Below the pieces are notes generated by a model. It was not told the DNA's origin. It did not search any database and saw only the letters and a program-made list of their open reading frames with translations. Positions 1-10,064 of a stretch of 64,000 nt of DNA are shown here, one piece after another. The stretch comes from an uncultured Haloferula sp. GTDB taxonomy: Bacteria; Verrucomicrobiota; Verrucomicrobiia; Verrucomicrobiales; Akkermansiaceae. The DNA lies in contig CBFGTS010000007.1 in the NCBI GenBank assembly GCA_965652295.1, positions 64,001 through 128,000 on the forward strand. The letters are read 5' to 3'. The position numbers and the translations under genes are program-made. Numbering within the stretch: position 1 is the stretch's first letter; each line of letters opens with the position of its first letter.

Positions 1-126
1 CCCGAACTTTGACTTCATTTTGCACGGACAATCAACCCATGTTCAGCATCCTACGCGATCGCGTAGGGCGAAGAACTCCCGGATTGAGGCTCGAAATAGA
101 CTGATTATCAACGATAAAGGAACAGA

Positions 127-162
127 AACGGCCGGAGTTTCCTTTCGGAAAGACCGGCCGTT
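127..162 (-). terminator. GC-rich hairpin downstream of the cyclophilin gene; probable terminator
   Basis: Imperfect inverted repeat aacggccgg...ccggccgtt, about 55 nt past the stop codon at 217. Confidence 0.4.
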
Positions 163-216
163 GAGTGGTTGAGATTGTTAGGGAAACCTAAAGATGCCGC
201 AGGATTCCGAGCGGGA

Positions 217-759
217 TTATTTTTCCAGGATCGAGTTCCAGTGCTCCACGTGGTCCTTTTGCGCTTCGAAGAGTGCCGCGGTGTCGTCGTGGATGGTGAT
301 GGAGCGGATCGCGTCGCCCTTGCCATCGGCTTTGCAGCCGGGCTCGCCGGTATTCACCTTGCCGACGATGTTCCCGACGACGTCCTGCCCGCCGGTGACT
401 TCACCGAAGACCGAGTGGCGGTTGTCGAGGAAGGGGGTGGGAACGAGCGTGATGAAGAACTGCGAGCCGTTGGTGCCCGGGCCGGCATTGGCCATGGAGA
501 ACATCCCGGGCTTGGTGTGTTTCAGATCGGGGTGGAACTCGTCCGCGAACTTGTAGCCCGGGCCGCCGCGACCGGTGCCGGTGGGATCGCCGCCTTGGAT
601 CATGAAGCGTTCGATGACCCGGTGAAAGGCCACCCCGTCATAGTAGCCGTGCTTGGCGAGGTTGAGGAAGTTGGCGACCGTCAGCGGTGCCTTTTCGGCG
701 AACATGGTGGCCTCGATGTCTCCCTTGTCGGTGTGGAGTGTGATGCGGATATCGGACAT
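217..759 (-). CDS. Cyclophilin-type peptidyl-prolyl cis-trans isomerase
   Basis: Motifs [24 protein letters not shown] and [17 protein letters not shown]; start taken at [13 protein letters not shown]. Confidence 0.95.
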   Translation of the reverse strand: MSDIRITLHTDKGDIEATMFAEKAPLTVANFLNLAKHGYYDGVAFHRVIERFMIQGGDPTGTGRGGPGYKFADEFHPDLKHTKPGMFSMANAGPGTNGSQFFITLVPTPFLDNRHSVFGEVTGGQDVVGNIVGKVNTGEPGCKADGKGDAIRSITIHDDTAALFEAQKDHVEHWNSILEK

Positions 760-987
760 GGGCCGCATTCTCCGCGCCCGCCGCTGTCCGGGCCAGCGAA
801 ATTGCCCTGCAACCTGTGAGAAAGCGTGCTGGTGGGGCAGTGGTGACGAAATGAGGAGTCCATCTCAAGGCACACCCCTTGCCTGTCTATGAGCGGCGGC
901 AGCTCGACAATAAGGCCGGGCAAGCTTAGGAAACTCACCTCGGGCGGGAGTGGTCTCCACCTGCTTCCATCGGGTAGAGATTTTTCC

Positions 988-1269
988 ATGCAACGATCCC
1001 CAAATTCCTCACGCTTCAGGAGCGCCCTGACCTCTGGAAGCGCTGCGGTCCTTGTGTTGCTGGCCATCTCGGTGAACATCAGCGGCCTCGATGGGGTTTC
1101 GTGGATTCTCAAGGATTTTTGGCCCTTGTTTGCGGTGTCTGCCGTCCTGGCATTTGTCGTGGGCCTGTTCCTCAAGAAGCGAAGATTGAGGTGGAGCGCC
1201 CTGGCGGGTGCCGCAACCGGTCTGGTCTGCGCCTTGCTGATATTGATGTTCACAGTCTCGGGGATCTAA
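988..1269 (+). CDS. Small membrane protein (about 3 TM helices)
   Basis: Three hydrophobic stretches; start codon uncertain. Confidence 0.55.
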   Translation: MQRSPNSSRFRSALTSGSAAVLVLLAISVNISGLDGVSWILKDFWPLFAVSAVLAFVVGLFLKKRRLRWSALAGAATGLVCALLILMFTVSGI

Positions 1270-1350
1270 CCGGACTCATCAGGGGCGGGGGACCACGCGG
1301 AAACGTTGGCGCGAACTTGAGGAGGCCCTGTGCTCAGCAGTCCTTCCCGC

Positions 1351-1560
1351 TCAGGCGTCGTGTTGGAAGGCGAAGAGGACGAGGAGGGCGACGCCGATCC
1401 CCCAGAGCAGGATGAGGTTGGGGACGAGATAGGGATAGGTCATGAGGGCGACGCCGATGAGCTTGGGCTTCCAGCGGTCCAGGGTGCGGCCGTAGCGCCA
1501 GACGCCCCAGCCCAGGGTACCGAAAATGAAGCCGGCGAGTAGTTGGAGAGGGTGGAACAT
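1351..1560 (-). CDS. Small membrane protein, 69 aa
   Basis: MFHPLQLLAGFIFGTLGWGVWRYG...GVALMTYPYLV; starts 10 nt after the upstream gene's stop. Confidence 0.75.
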   Translation of the reverse strand: MFHPLQLLAGFIFGTLGWGVWRYGRTLDRWKPKLIGVALMTYPYLVPNLILLWGIGVALLVLFAFQHDA

Positions 1561-1570
1561 GCCCTGGGTT

Positions 1571-2935
1571 TCAGCGGGTGAACCAGACGGGAGAATCGTA
1601 TAGATTGAACTCGATCCGCCGGAAGACGCCGAAGTCGAAAGCCGCTTCCCCAAAGGTCTGGGAAGAGCCGATGAGCTTGCCGTCGCGCAGGTCTTCAAGG
1701 CGGAAGGTGACGTGGCCGCCATCGGCGAACCAGGCGCGGATGTCCCCGTTTCTCCGGATGGGTTTCCAGAATTTCTCGGGGTCCGAGGCCTCCTCCTCGG
1801 TGCGCAGGGCGAAGGTGCGGAGGCGGGAAACCGGGAGGGTGAAGTCTTTCAATGTCGAGGTGATGGTGACGCTGCCATGGGCGATGTCACGGATGCCGCC
1901 GTCGATGATGTCGCCGTTGCGGAGGATGATCCGGTTGGTGAGATCCTCCTTGATCGGTGGTGGACTCTCGGATTCGTCGAGGAAGCCTCGACGTTCCTGG
2001 AAACCACCTTCGAGGATGCCATCCCAGCTTTCGAGATGGATGCGGGAGACGGTGGCCCCGGCGGATTGACTGCGGAGTTCAAAGAACGGGCCGGCACCTT
2101 CCGGTGAAGGATCGGTGTCGCGCCAGTCGGCCACGACCCGGTCCCCCACGGCGAGGCGGAACAGCCCGTGTTCGATGTCCTGAAGCATTTCGATCCGGAC
2201 GGAGCCTTCTCGGTTGAGTTCATCGACGGCACCGGCACCGAGGGCACCGATGGGGTAAATCTGGGACGTCCCGTTCGGGCGGAGGGTGCGCTTGCGGAAG
2301 GAGATGTACTGGTTCTGGCAGGCGAGTTCATAGTACGTCTTGATGCGTTCGTCTTCGTCCTCGGTGGCGTGAGTGCGGATGCTGAGATCGGTGCGTTCAT
2401 TCCAGGTGACGTCCAAACCGATTCTGAGCCGGAGGTGTTTTCCGACGTCGCGGCGGATCCCGCCGTTGCTCTCGCAGATCAAGGCTCCCGCCGTGTATTT
2501 CCAAGAGCCCTCGTCGTCTTGAGTCCAGCCGTCGAGGCCCTCGGGGCCGCGGTAAATGGTGGCGGCACGATCCCGGACATCGAGGCTGGCGACCATGTCG
2601 CGGCGCAGCGTGAGTTCGCCGGCATAGTGGGTGCCGAGGACGATTTTCTCGTCATCAAGGGCGAGCAGCAGGCCGCGGAGTTCGTCGCCATTGCTGAGGA
2701 CGGCGCGGGCGGTGTGCTCGCCTTCCGGGAGGGCGGGTTCACGGGCGGTGGGGATGCGGATCTCCGCAAGGTCGGAAAGATGGAACCGGGCATCTTCGGC
2801 GAGCGATTCGGATTTCCACTGGAAACTGTCTTCCCGGATGGCCTGAAGTCGGCCGTGGAACTGATCTCCGCTCTTGAACTCGGCGGTCATGGGCAGGGCC
2901 ATGGCGGAGACGAGGGTGAGAAATGCACCGGTCAT
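1571..2935 (-). CDS. Exported beta-rich protein, paralog 3 of a tandem trio
   Basis: Signal-like N-terminus, repeated LxNGDxLxG motifs, IYRGPEGLDGW; ATGA overlap at 2932-2935. Confidence 0.8.
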   Translation of the reverse strand: MTGAFLTLVSAMALPMTAEFKSGDQFHGRLQAIREDSFQWKSESLAEDARFHLSDLAEIRIPTAREPALPEGEHTARAVLSNGDELRGLLLALDDEKIVLGTHYAGELTLRRDMVASLDVRDRAATIYRGPEGLDGWTQDDEGSWKYTAGALICESNGGIRRDVGKHLRLRIGLDVTWNERTDLSIRTHATEDEDERIKTYYELACQNQYISFRKRTLRPNGTSQIYPIGALGAGAVDELNREGSVRIEMLQDIEHGLFRLAVGDRVVADWRDTDPSPEGAGPFFELRSQSAGATVSRIHLESWDGILEGGFQERRGFLDESESPPPIKEDLTNRIILRNGDIIDGGIRDIAHGSVTITSTLKDFTLPVSRLRTFALRTEEEASDPEKFWKPIRRNGDIRAWFADGGHVTFRLEDLRDGKLIGSSQTFGEAAFDFGVFRRIEFNLYDSPVWFTR

Positions 2936-4254
2936 GGTTCTTCCTCCTCTCGTTCGTCCTGGGATGACAACTGCCTGTGGGCGAGCGCGCGCAGGGCGTC
3001 GCGGCGTGCGGTGAAACGGCCCAGAAGGGGATGGTCGATGCGGGCGGTGTCGTCGGAAAACACGCAGCCGGTGGCGCTGATCAGGCCGGCATCGGGTAGA
3101 CCGAGGAGGAGTTTCGGGCGGGGCACGTCCTTCTCCAGATTCTTGAAGAACAAGGTGGAAACGCATTCCACGGGCACCTCCAGAGGATCGGGGAAGTAGG
3201 AGCAATCGATAAGGACGACGGTTCCTTTCGAGGTGGTGCGGGTGCCGATGAGTTCGCCGCTGAAACGGTTGCCGTCATCGTCGATCAGGGCGTCCTCGGT
3301 CGGATCGCCGCGGTCCTCGCTGCTGTGGCGGTCGCGTTTGGAATTCCAGGCGCGGAGGGTGACCGAGCCGACCCGCAGGGTGCCGGGGTCGCCGCTGAGC
3401 GAGTTGAAGATGAGGATGTCTCCCTCGGGCGCTGGGGTGGGATCGGAGAGTTCTTTTGCCACCAGCTGGTCATTGACGTGGATTTGCAACTTGCGGCTCG
3501 GGCGATCGACCCGGAGTTCCAAGGTGGCGCGCTGGGTGGGGTAATCCGAGATCGACCACGGGATGTCACCGAGGGTTTGGAAGGTGTTCGGGCCTGAGCT
3601 TTGGCGGTCGAGCTTGAGACGATTGCCGCGGATCTGGAGGCGGTAGCGGTCTTCCTTGGCGCGGCCGGGGGAGGGATTGGAGGAGCAAAAATAGACCTCG
3701 AGGTTGGGCGTGCCTTTCCACAGGAGCTCGAACTGGAGGGAGAACGCGGTGGGCAGCTTGCCGGGATCGAACGCGGCGGCACCACGGCCGTTCGAAACGA
3801 ACCCCGCGGGTTCCAGCTCCCAGGCATTTCCCAGATCCCAACCCGAGGCATCATCCGGGCCCTTGTAGAGGACCCGGCGCGGGCGGATGCCCAGCTGGAG
3901 AGAGGCGATGTGGCGGCGCTCGACCTCGAGCGGCTCACAGTAGTCGGTGCGGATGCGGACCGAGTCCGGGCCGATTGATTCCAGCTCACAGGCGAGGCGA
4001 TCGCCATTGGCGAGGGCGAGCCGGGCCCCGTGTCTGCCGAGGGTTTCGCCGGATTCAGGGAAACGGACTTCGCGGACCGCGTCGAGCCGTAGCTTCAAGG
4101 GTGCGAGGGCGAGGGGGGTGCGGAGTTCGAGGATTTCGGCATCCAGGGCGGCGACGTCGCCCCGCATCGAACCGCCGTCCAGCATCGTCACCTGGTCCGC
4201 CGGTAGCGGAGACGCCGCGATCCACGCGCAGAGGATGGAGATGACGGATCTCAT
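2932..4254 (-). CDS. Exported beta-rich protein, paralog 2
   Basis: Signal peptide, LANGDRLAC and LYKGPDDASGW motifs; ATGA overlap at 4251-4254. Confidence 0.8.
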   Translation of the reverse strand: MRSVISILCAWIAASPLPADQVTMLDGGSMRGDVAALDAEILELRTPLALAPLKLRLDAVREVRFPESGETLGRHGARLALANGDRLACELESIGPDSVRIRTDYCEPLEVERRHIASLQLGIRPRRVLYKGPDDASGWDLGNAWELEPAGFVSNGRGAAAFDPGKLPTAFSLQFELLWKGTPNLEVYFCSSNPSPGRAKEDRYRLQIRGNRLKLDRQSSGPNTFQTLGDIPWSISDYPTQRATLELRVDRPSRKLQIHVNDQLVAKELSDPTPAPEGDILIFNSLSGDPGTLRVGSVTLRAWNSKRDRHSSEDRGDPTEDALIDDDGNRFSGELIGTRTTSKGTVVLIDCSYFPDPLEVPVECVSTLFFKNLEKDVPRPKLLLGLPDAGLISATGCVFSDDTARIDHPLLGRFTARRDALRALAHRQLSSQDEREEEEP

Positions 4255-5690
4255 AAGTCTTCGTCCCAAGGGCTGAGGAATTCTCCACCCTGCCGGAATT
4301 CCAGCAAGCTGACCGGGGAGAGATCGATGCGCACGGGGCCGAGGAGGGGTGATGCGATCTGGAGGTGGGTGGCGTCCGACTGGCTGACTTTTCCGGAAAT
4401 CGAGCCGATGGGCTGGAACAGCGCGCGGACGCGGTCGGCGCTGTCTTCCTCGACCGCTTCGATGGGGCGGTCGGCGAAGTGGACTTCGGCGATTTCTTCG
4501 AGCGGGATGGAGAGCTGGGCGTAGGCGCTTTCGAACTCAAGATGGCCGTCGGCGATGCTCTTGACCTCGCCGGAGAAACGATCGGTGCCGTTGGTGAGAA
4601 GAACCAAATCCCGTTCGGGATGGCGGAGGCTGCGTGCGGCATCCGGCATGCCGTTCCATTCGGCCACGAGGATATTGGAGATCCGCAGGGCCTCGCGGCT
4701 GCCCGGCACCATGAATCCGATGCCGCCGCCCGATGTGGGCTCTTCCGGCTGATCGTCGAGGTTCCATCGAAGCATGTAGCTGCCATCGACGAAGAGGGTG
4801 ACCGTACGCCGGTCGAGATCGGTGCGGATCTCGAAGTCGGCGCGGTCGCTGTGCCCGAATTCGACCGTGGAGGCCGCCGAGCGGATCATGCGGGAAAAGG
4901 GTTTCCCTTCCTCATCGAAACCGCAGCGCTGGAGCGTGGCGTAGGATCCGCGGAGGGTAAGGACCAGGCAGTTTCCGAAAGCGGTGGTGGGCAGGTCGGG
5001 GCGGGACCGCGGTTCCTCGTCATCGGGTGCGGGTGCGGGCGGGGAGGCGAAGTCGGCCATGAAGGCGACGGAAAACGGCGGGCGGTTCCGCCAATCGAGA
5101 TGGAAACGCAGCACTGACTGTCGGGGCGTTTCCAGAGGCAGCCGAAGGGCTTCGGGGCCACCGCTGTAGTACCAGTAGCCGCCGGTATGTTGCCAGGTCG
5201 GCGACGAATCGTCGCCATCGGCCTCTTCCAGACGCTCGGGATCGTCGGTCTGGGGATTGATGGTTTCCCACCCTTCGGCACTGAAGGGGCCGGCGTAGAT
5301 GAGCCGTCCGCCAAAGGGATTCGGCGCGAGCGAGGTCAGGTGGCGGGCGGGCACCGTGAGGGTGCCGGCGAAGGGGGTGTCGAGTGCGAGCTGGTCCGCA
5401 TCCATGCGCCGGATGACGCCGGGAAGGCAGTCGCCATTGGTGAGGAAAACGTGGGAACGGTCTCCGGTGGGCGTGGCGGGACGGGCGCCGCGGAGCGCGA
5501 TGTGCCGGACCTTGTCGAGGCGGAATTCAAGCGTGCTCCCGGCGTCCTCACGGTCCCATTGCAGCATGCCCGCGGGCGTGATGCCGGCGTACCGTCCTTC
5601 GAGGCTGCCGTCGGTCAGACGGAGCATGTCCGGCTCGGCGGCCGTGGCGAGGCCGGCAAGGAGCGGGAGCAGTCGGAGGAAGTACGTCAT
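4251..5690 (-). CDS. Exported beta-rich protein, paralog 1
   Basis: Signal peptide, LTNGDCLPG and IYAGPFSAEGW motifs; ATGA overlap at 5687-5690. Confidence 0.8.
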   Translation of the reverse strand: MTYFLRLLPLLAGLATAAEPDMLRLTDGSLEGRYAGITPAGMLQWDREDAGSTLEFRLDKVRHIALRGARPATPTGDRSHVFLTNGDCLPGVIRRMDADQLALDTPFAGTLTVPARHLTSLAPNPFGGRLIYAGPFSAEGWETINPQTDDPERLEEADGDDSSPTWQHTGGYWYYSGGPEALRLPLETPRQSVLRFHLDWRNRPPFSVAFMADFASPPAPAPDDEEPRSRPDLPTTAFGNCLVLTLRGSYATLQRCGFDEEGKPFSRMIRSAASTVEFGHSDRADFEIRTDLDRRTVTLFVDGSYMLRWNLDDQPEEPTSGGGIGFMVPGSREALRISNILVAEWNGMPDAARSLRHPERDLVLLTNGTDRFSGEVKSIADGHLEFESAYAQLSIPLEEIAEVHFADRPIEAVEEDSADRVRALFQPIGSISGKVSQSDATHLQIASPLLGPVRIDLSPVSLLEFRQGGEFLSPWDEDL

Positions 5691-6682
5691 TTCTCGTAAA
5701 TCGGAAGGTAGCGGTAGTTGATGGCGAGCGAGAGCAGGGCACCGGCGGTGCTGAAAGCCTCGCCCTTGTCGCCGGGCCAGGAGCCGTCGGTGCGCTGGAG
5801 CACGGCGAGGTAGCGGACGTTCTTGTCATTCCATGTCGTCCACAGCTCGTCGCTGGCCTGGTGGAGCGCCTGCGACATATAGTATTCGTAGTAGTAAGGG
5901 TAGTGCTGGTCGCGGTAGTCGAGGTGCTCGGCGAGGTAGCTCACGCTTTTCTCAAAGCCCTTGCCGGTGCGCTCCTTGGCGAGGCCGAGGCAGGTGACGC
6001 CGATGGCGGTGAGGGTCGGTTTTCCGCCGCCGGCGGAGGTGTAGCCGTAGGAGCCGTCTTCATCGCGGCAACGGGCCATGAAGGCGAGGCCCTTGCGGAT
6101 GGCTTCCTCCGGGACGCCGATGCCTGCATTCCGCGCGCCGAGCAGGGCGACGAGTTGGCAGCCGGAGACGGTGGTGTCGGCGTCGCGGCTTTCCGGTGAA
6201 TAGCGCCAGGCGTTGGCGGGGTTGCGTGCCTGGGCGGTGAGGATGAGCTGAACGGCGCTCTCCAGAGCTTCGGCGAGGTCCGGGTGACCGACCATGCCGT
6301 AGGCCTCGGCGAGGGCGAGGGTGGCGAAGCCGTGGTTGTACATCGAGTTGCCGATGTAGCCGTTGCGCTCCTTCTGGTTGGACAGGATGTAGTCGATGCC
6401 TTTGCGGATGGCCTCGGCGTAGGGACCGTGGACGGGATCGTCCCCGTGGGCGAGGAAGGCCTTGATGCAGAGGCCGACAACGGCGGGTTCGCCGCCCATC
6501 GGATCGTTCCAGTAGCCGTCGGAATTCTGGGTGCGCAGGAGGTAGTTGAGGCCGCGTTCATACATCGACTCGATCTGCGCCGGAATCGGATCGGTGGGCC
6601 GGTGGGGAAGGATTTGGGCGGCAAGGGGCGCGACCGTTGCGACGGCGACGAACCAGATGGAAACGAAGCGGAAGCCGGTCAT
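5687..6682 (-). CDS. Prenyltransferase/squalene-oxidase repeat protein with signal peptide (PVC type)
   Basis: QW-like repeats (TQNSDGYW, LQRTDGSW), MYNHGFATLALAEAYG, DADTTVSGCQLVAL. Confidence 0.85.
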   Translation of the reverse strand: MTGFRFVSIWFVAVATVAPLAAQILPHRPTDPIPAQIESMYERGLNYLLRTQNSDGYWNDPMGGEPAVVGLCIKAFLAHGDDPVHGPYAEAIRKGIDYILSNQKERNGYIGNSMYNHGFATLALAEAYGMVGHPDLAEALESAVQLILTAQARNPANAWRYSPESRDADTTVSGCQLVALLGARNAGIGVPEEAIRKGLAFMARCRDEDGSYGYTSAGGGKPTLTAIGVTCLGLAKERTGKGFEKSVSYLAEHLDYRDQHYPYYYEYYMSQALHQASDELWTTWNDKNVRYLAVLQRTDGSWPGDKGEAFSTAGALLSLAINYRYLPIYEK

Positions 6683-7311
6683 GGTTCGAGAGATTTGAGA
6701 CCGCGATTGTAGGCCTTGAGGGCGTCGTTGAACTCGGGCGGCAGGGTCTTTCCTGCCACGCCGGCACCTTTGGGGACGCGCCGTTGACCGGTGGCGCCCT
6801 CCATCGAGCCGTCGGTGCTTCCATTGGCGAGGTCGGAGTCGCCCGTCATTCCAGTGCCGCCACCCTCGCCGGGCTTCTTACCAGGTCCCTTCGGTGCACC
6901 GCCGGGCTGCATTCCGAGCATCCGCTGGAGCATCTGCATCATCGCGCCGTCCTCCGGCGATTCCCCGCCGTCGCCCGACTGTTCCTGACGTTTTTTGGCG
7001 GCTTGGTAGATTTTCTCGATGACCTCGGTCTGGGCGGCGAGGGTCGGGCCATCGGTTTCGTGCTCCCAGAGGCGCTCGCTGGCCTCGTCCATGGCGTCCT
7101 CGACCTCGCGGAAGAGGGCGATGACTTCCTCGGAGGTCTGCTCGATGGTCAGCTGCTGGACATCGGCCGCGAGTTCGTCCTGCTGGTCGGACAGGCGGCG
7201 CGAGCTTTCCTGATGGTGGGCGACGGCTTCGGCAAAATCGACCGGCTCACCGGCCGGCGCGACGAGCGGGGCGATGCAAAGAACGAGGGTGACGCGTTTC
7301 ACGGCCTTCAT
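6679..7311 (-). CDS. Exported coiled-coil protein with Gly-rich C-terminus
   Basis: Signal peptide MKAVKRVTLVLCIAP, helical core, C-terminal LPPEFNDALKAY; ATGA overlaps at both ends. Confidence 0.75.
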   Translation of the reverse strand: MKAVKRVTLVLCIAPLVAPAGEPVDFAEAVAHHQESSRRLSDQQDELAADVQQLTIEQTSEEVIALFREVEDAMDEASERLWEHETDGPTLAAQTEVIEKIYQAAKKRQEQSGDGGESPEDGAMMQMLQRMLGMQPGGAPKGPGKKPGEGGGTGMTGDSDLANGSTDGSMEGATGQRRVPKGAGVAGKTLPPEFNDALKAYNRGLKSLEP

Positions 7312-9920
7312 GGGGTTCCTCCTTGGCTGGCGGAGCGGCGCAGGGTTTCCAAGGCACGGGTGCGGGCGCGCAGGTCCTGTTCTTCCTGCACCATGCGCAT
7401 GACGCGCAGCATGAACTCGAAGTCCTCGTCTTCCGGAGATCCACCCCCGCCTCCGCCGCCCCCGCCTTGGGCCTGGTTGGCGGCTTCTTCGAGGAGCTTG
7501 GCCCACTCGCGCAGTTGATCGGCCCAGGTGTCGGAGGTGTCGGCGGCCAGGTAGCCTTGATTCCGCTCGATGCGCTGGCGGATGTTTTCCAACTCGATCT
7601 GGATGGCGGACGAACGCATGGCTTCCAGCACTCTGCCATAGTCGGGGTTGTCGGTACGGGTAAAAAAGTGGCCGAGGTCCTCCTCGATCCAGCGGATATC
7701 CGAGGTGGTTTCCGCCTGGAGGCGGAGGATGTCCTCAAGCTCGCCGAGATCGGCGGGATCCAATTCCTCCGGGCGCAGGCCGAATTGCTCCGAGCTATCG
7801 AGCGTGGCGTGGGTGATGCCATCCTGATCGGAGGCGGCCTTTTTGAGGCGACTGACGAAGGTGCTGGCCTCGAACCGCTGCTTGGCCTCGTTGGCCTCTT
7901 CAACTGTTTTGCGGATTTTTTCCAAGGCCTGCTTCTGCCGTTCGACGGCTTCGTCCATGTCGCGGCCGGTTTTCTCGTCGGTGTTCTTCGGATCGCCGGC
8001 TTCGCCGAGCTTCCCGCTCACGCCGGGCAGCGCGTCTTTTCCGAGTTCGCGTAGGGACTGCATCATTTCGCTCATGCGACGCAGCGTGTCGGGGTCGATG
8101 GTTTCGTTCCGTGCGCCGTCCTTGAGGAGTTGTTCGACGCGGTCGGCGAGGTCGCGCATCGCCTCCGCCTGCTGATTTTCCTGCTGTTCCTGGGTTTGGA
8201 GGCGCTTGAGGTTTTCCTCCTCGTGGAGTTCGGCCGGATCCAGCCGTTCGAGCCGCTGGTTTTCCTCGTAGAGGTTCCTTTCCCGGCGGGCGAGATCCTC
8301 CAATTCGCTGATGGAGCGGTCGAAGCGGTTCTTCAACATCTGCGCGTGCTCCTGAAGGCTGAGGACGTAGAGGGTGACGGGCTGCGAGTAGATCCGCCCG
8401 CGCTCCGGAAGGTAATCGGTGGCGTAGGCACGCAACGTGAGCTTTTGGGGCGGGATGCCGAAGGCGTCGGGCGAGAAGGCGACGGGAGCGCCCGCGCGGA
8501 CGAGATCGGGTGATCCCTGTTGCAGGGAAAGCGCACCATTGGCGGCGGCATCGGAGCCGGGGAGCGAGGGCTCGCCGGACCACTCGATACCGAGGTCTTT
8601 GAGCCCGAAATCGTCAGTCGCCGCGACGGTGAAATCGACCGTTTCGGCGGCGAGAATGGCCCGGGTGCCGGTGAGACCTTCGATGTACACGGTGGGAGCT
8701 TCATCCGGCACGGCATGGACCCTCAGCTCGAAGCCGGGAGCACCGTCGAGGCCGAGATGGTCGGTCCATTGGAAAGGGATCCTCAGGGAGGTGTCACGGA
8801 CGTCGATTGGCCCGGTCAGGGCACGGCCGCCTTCGACCTCCACCGCCACATCGGAATCCACGCGGGGGCGGGTATCGGCCGCGTCGGCGATCGCCTCGGC
8901 CGGGCCGGCGGAGGCCCGGGCCAGCTGGCGGTCGGACTGGATCGATAGACGCACCGTGGAGCCTTCGACCGCGCGGACCGAGCCGGTGGTCAGCGGCTGC
9001 TTTTCGACCGGGCGCTGGAGGTAGGGCGGATGATCGATCTCGGCTTCGCTGCGGGCGATGGTCGGTCGCAGCGTGGGCGTGACGAGCAGCTTGTGGATGG
9101 CATCGCCGATTTCCACCCTCAGGAACTCGCGCCGGAGCTGACCGGGGAACGCGAAGCGGTAGGTGCCGCTCTCCAGTCGCGCGGTTACCGGGTTCTGCGA
9201 ACCGTAGCGTGCCATGCCCTGCTCCGGCTGCCAGCGGCTGTCTGCATTCAGGCGCAGATCCAGCGTGAAGGCCTCGCCCATCGGCACCGCCATTTCCAGC
9301 GGGACATCGTCGAGTTGGGTGAAGGTGTAGCGCGGCGTTTCGGAGAGCGGAAAAAGCCAGCGCCGCAGCGAGTTCAGACCGGCCTCCGGAACCAGCGTTA
9401 GGGCCGTGCCCGCGACGAGGAAGAGGAGGATCACCGCGAGCGACCAGCGGCGGTGCCGGGAGAGCGGCAGCAGGTCGTCGAGCTTCCGGTTCCGTGTTTC
9501 CGCCGCCACCGAGTCCATCGCGGCGGCGCGCAGGCGGGGCGAGAGGGTGTCCTCGTTCTCGGACTGGTTGGCGAGGTCGATGACGCCCAGCAGCCGATCT
9601 CCGAGGCCGGGGTGCTTTCTGGAAATGAGCTTCGCGAGCTGGTCGTGATCGCGATGCCGCCAGACCCAGCGATGAAGCCACATCGGGGCGAAGACCGCGG
9701 ACAGCGACGTGCCGGCGACCAGGATGGCCAGCCGGGCCAGCGCGGGGGTCGCGGAAAAGCGATCGATGGCGAAGACGATCAGGAATGACAGCAGCAGGCC
9801 GAAGATGCCGGCGAAGACGGCCTCGGAGATCTTGGTTCTCCAGAGCTGCCGACGGTATTCGACCAACTGCTGGCGGAGGGACTCCGGCAGGGGTGTGCGG
9901 GTCGGTTTCGGTTCGAGCAT
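7308..9920 (-). CDS. Large membrane-anchored coiled-coil protein (DUF4175-like architecture)
   Basis: N-terminal TMs, HPGLGDRLLGVIDL, Ig-like middle with ATDDFGL, long coiled coil. Confidence 0.75.
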   Translation of the reverse strand: MLEPKPTRTPLPESLRQQLVEYRRQLWRTKISEAVFAGIFGLLLSFLIVFAIDRFSATPALARLAILVAGTSLSAVFAPMWLHRWVWRHRDHDQLAKLISRKHPGLGDRLLGVIDLANQSENEDTLSPRLRAAAMDSVAAETRNRKLDDLLPLSRHRRWSLAVILLFLVAGTALTLVPEAGLNSLRRWLFPLSETPRYTFTQLDDVPLEMAVPMGEAFTLDLRLNADSRWQPEQGMARYGSQNPVTARLESGTYRFAFPGQLRREFLRVEIGDAIHKLLVTPTLRPTIARSEAEIDHPPYLQRPVEKQPLTTGSVRAVEGSTVRLSIQSDRQLARASAGPAEAIADAADTRPRVDSDVAVEVEGGRALTGPIDVRDTSLRIPFQWTDHLGLDGAPGFELRVHAVPDEAPTVYIEGLTGTRAILAAETVDFTVAATDDFGLKDLGIEWSGEPSLPGSDAAANGALSLQQGSPDLVRAGAPVAFSPDAFGIPPQKLTLRAYATDYLPERGRIYSQPVTLYVLSLQEHAQMLKNRFDRSISELEDLARRERNLYEENQRLERLDPAELHEEENLKRLQTQEQQENQQAEAMRDLADRVEQLLKDGARNETIDPDTLRRMSEMMQSLRELGKDALPGVSGKLGEAGDPKNTDEKTGRDMDEAVERQKQALEKIRKTVEEANEAKQRFEASTFVSRLKKAASDQDGITHATLDSSEQFGLRPEELDPADLGELEDILRLQAETTSDIRWIEEDLGHFFTRTDNPDYGRVLEAMRSSAIQIELENIRQRIERNQGYLAADTSDTWADQLREWAKLLEEAANQAQGGGGGGGGGSPEDEDFEFMLRVMRMVQEEQDLRARTRALETLRRSASQGGTP

Positions 9921-10064
9921 CGGCGGGGTGAAATCGGGATCGACCGGATTTCCGGGAAAGTTCCAAAGGTTCCGGCAGTTAGCCAGCGGAAATGAGCGGG
10001 AGGGGCCGGGCGGCAGCTGCGTTTTTCCGGATCTTCCCGCACCCATGCCGGGCGGTGCGGGACC

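Noticed and set aside
1..18. Possible start of a minus-strand gene (MKSKFG...) at the window edge
   Set aside because: Too little sequence to support a call.
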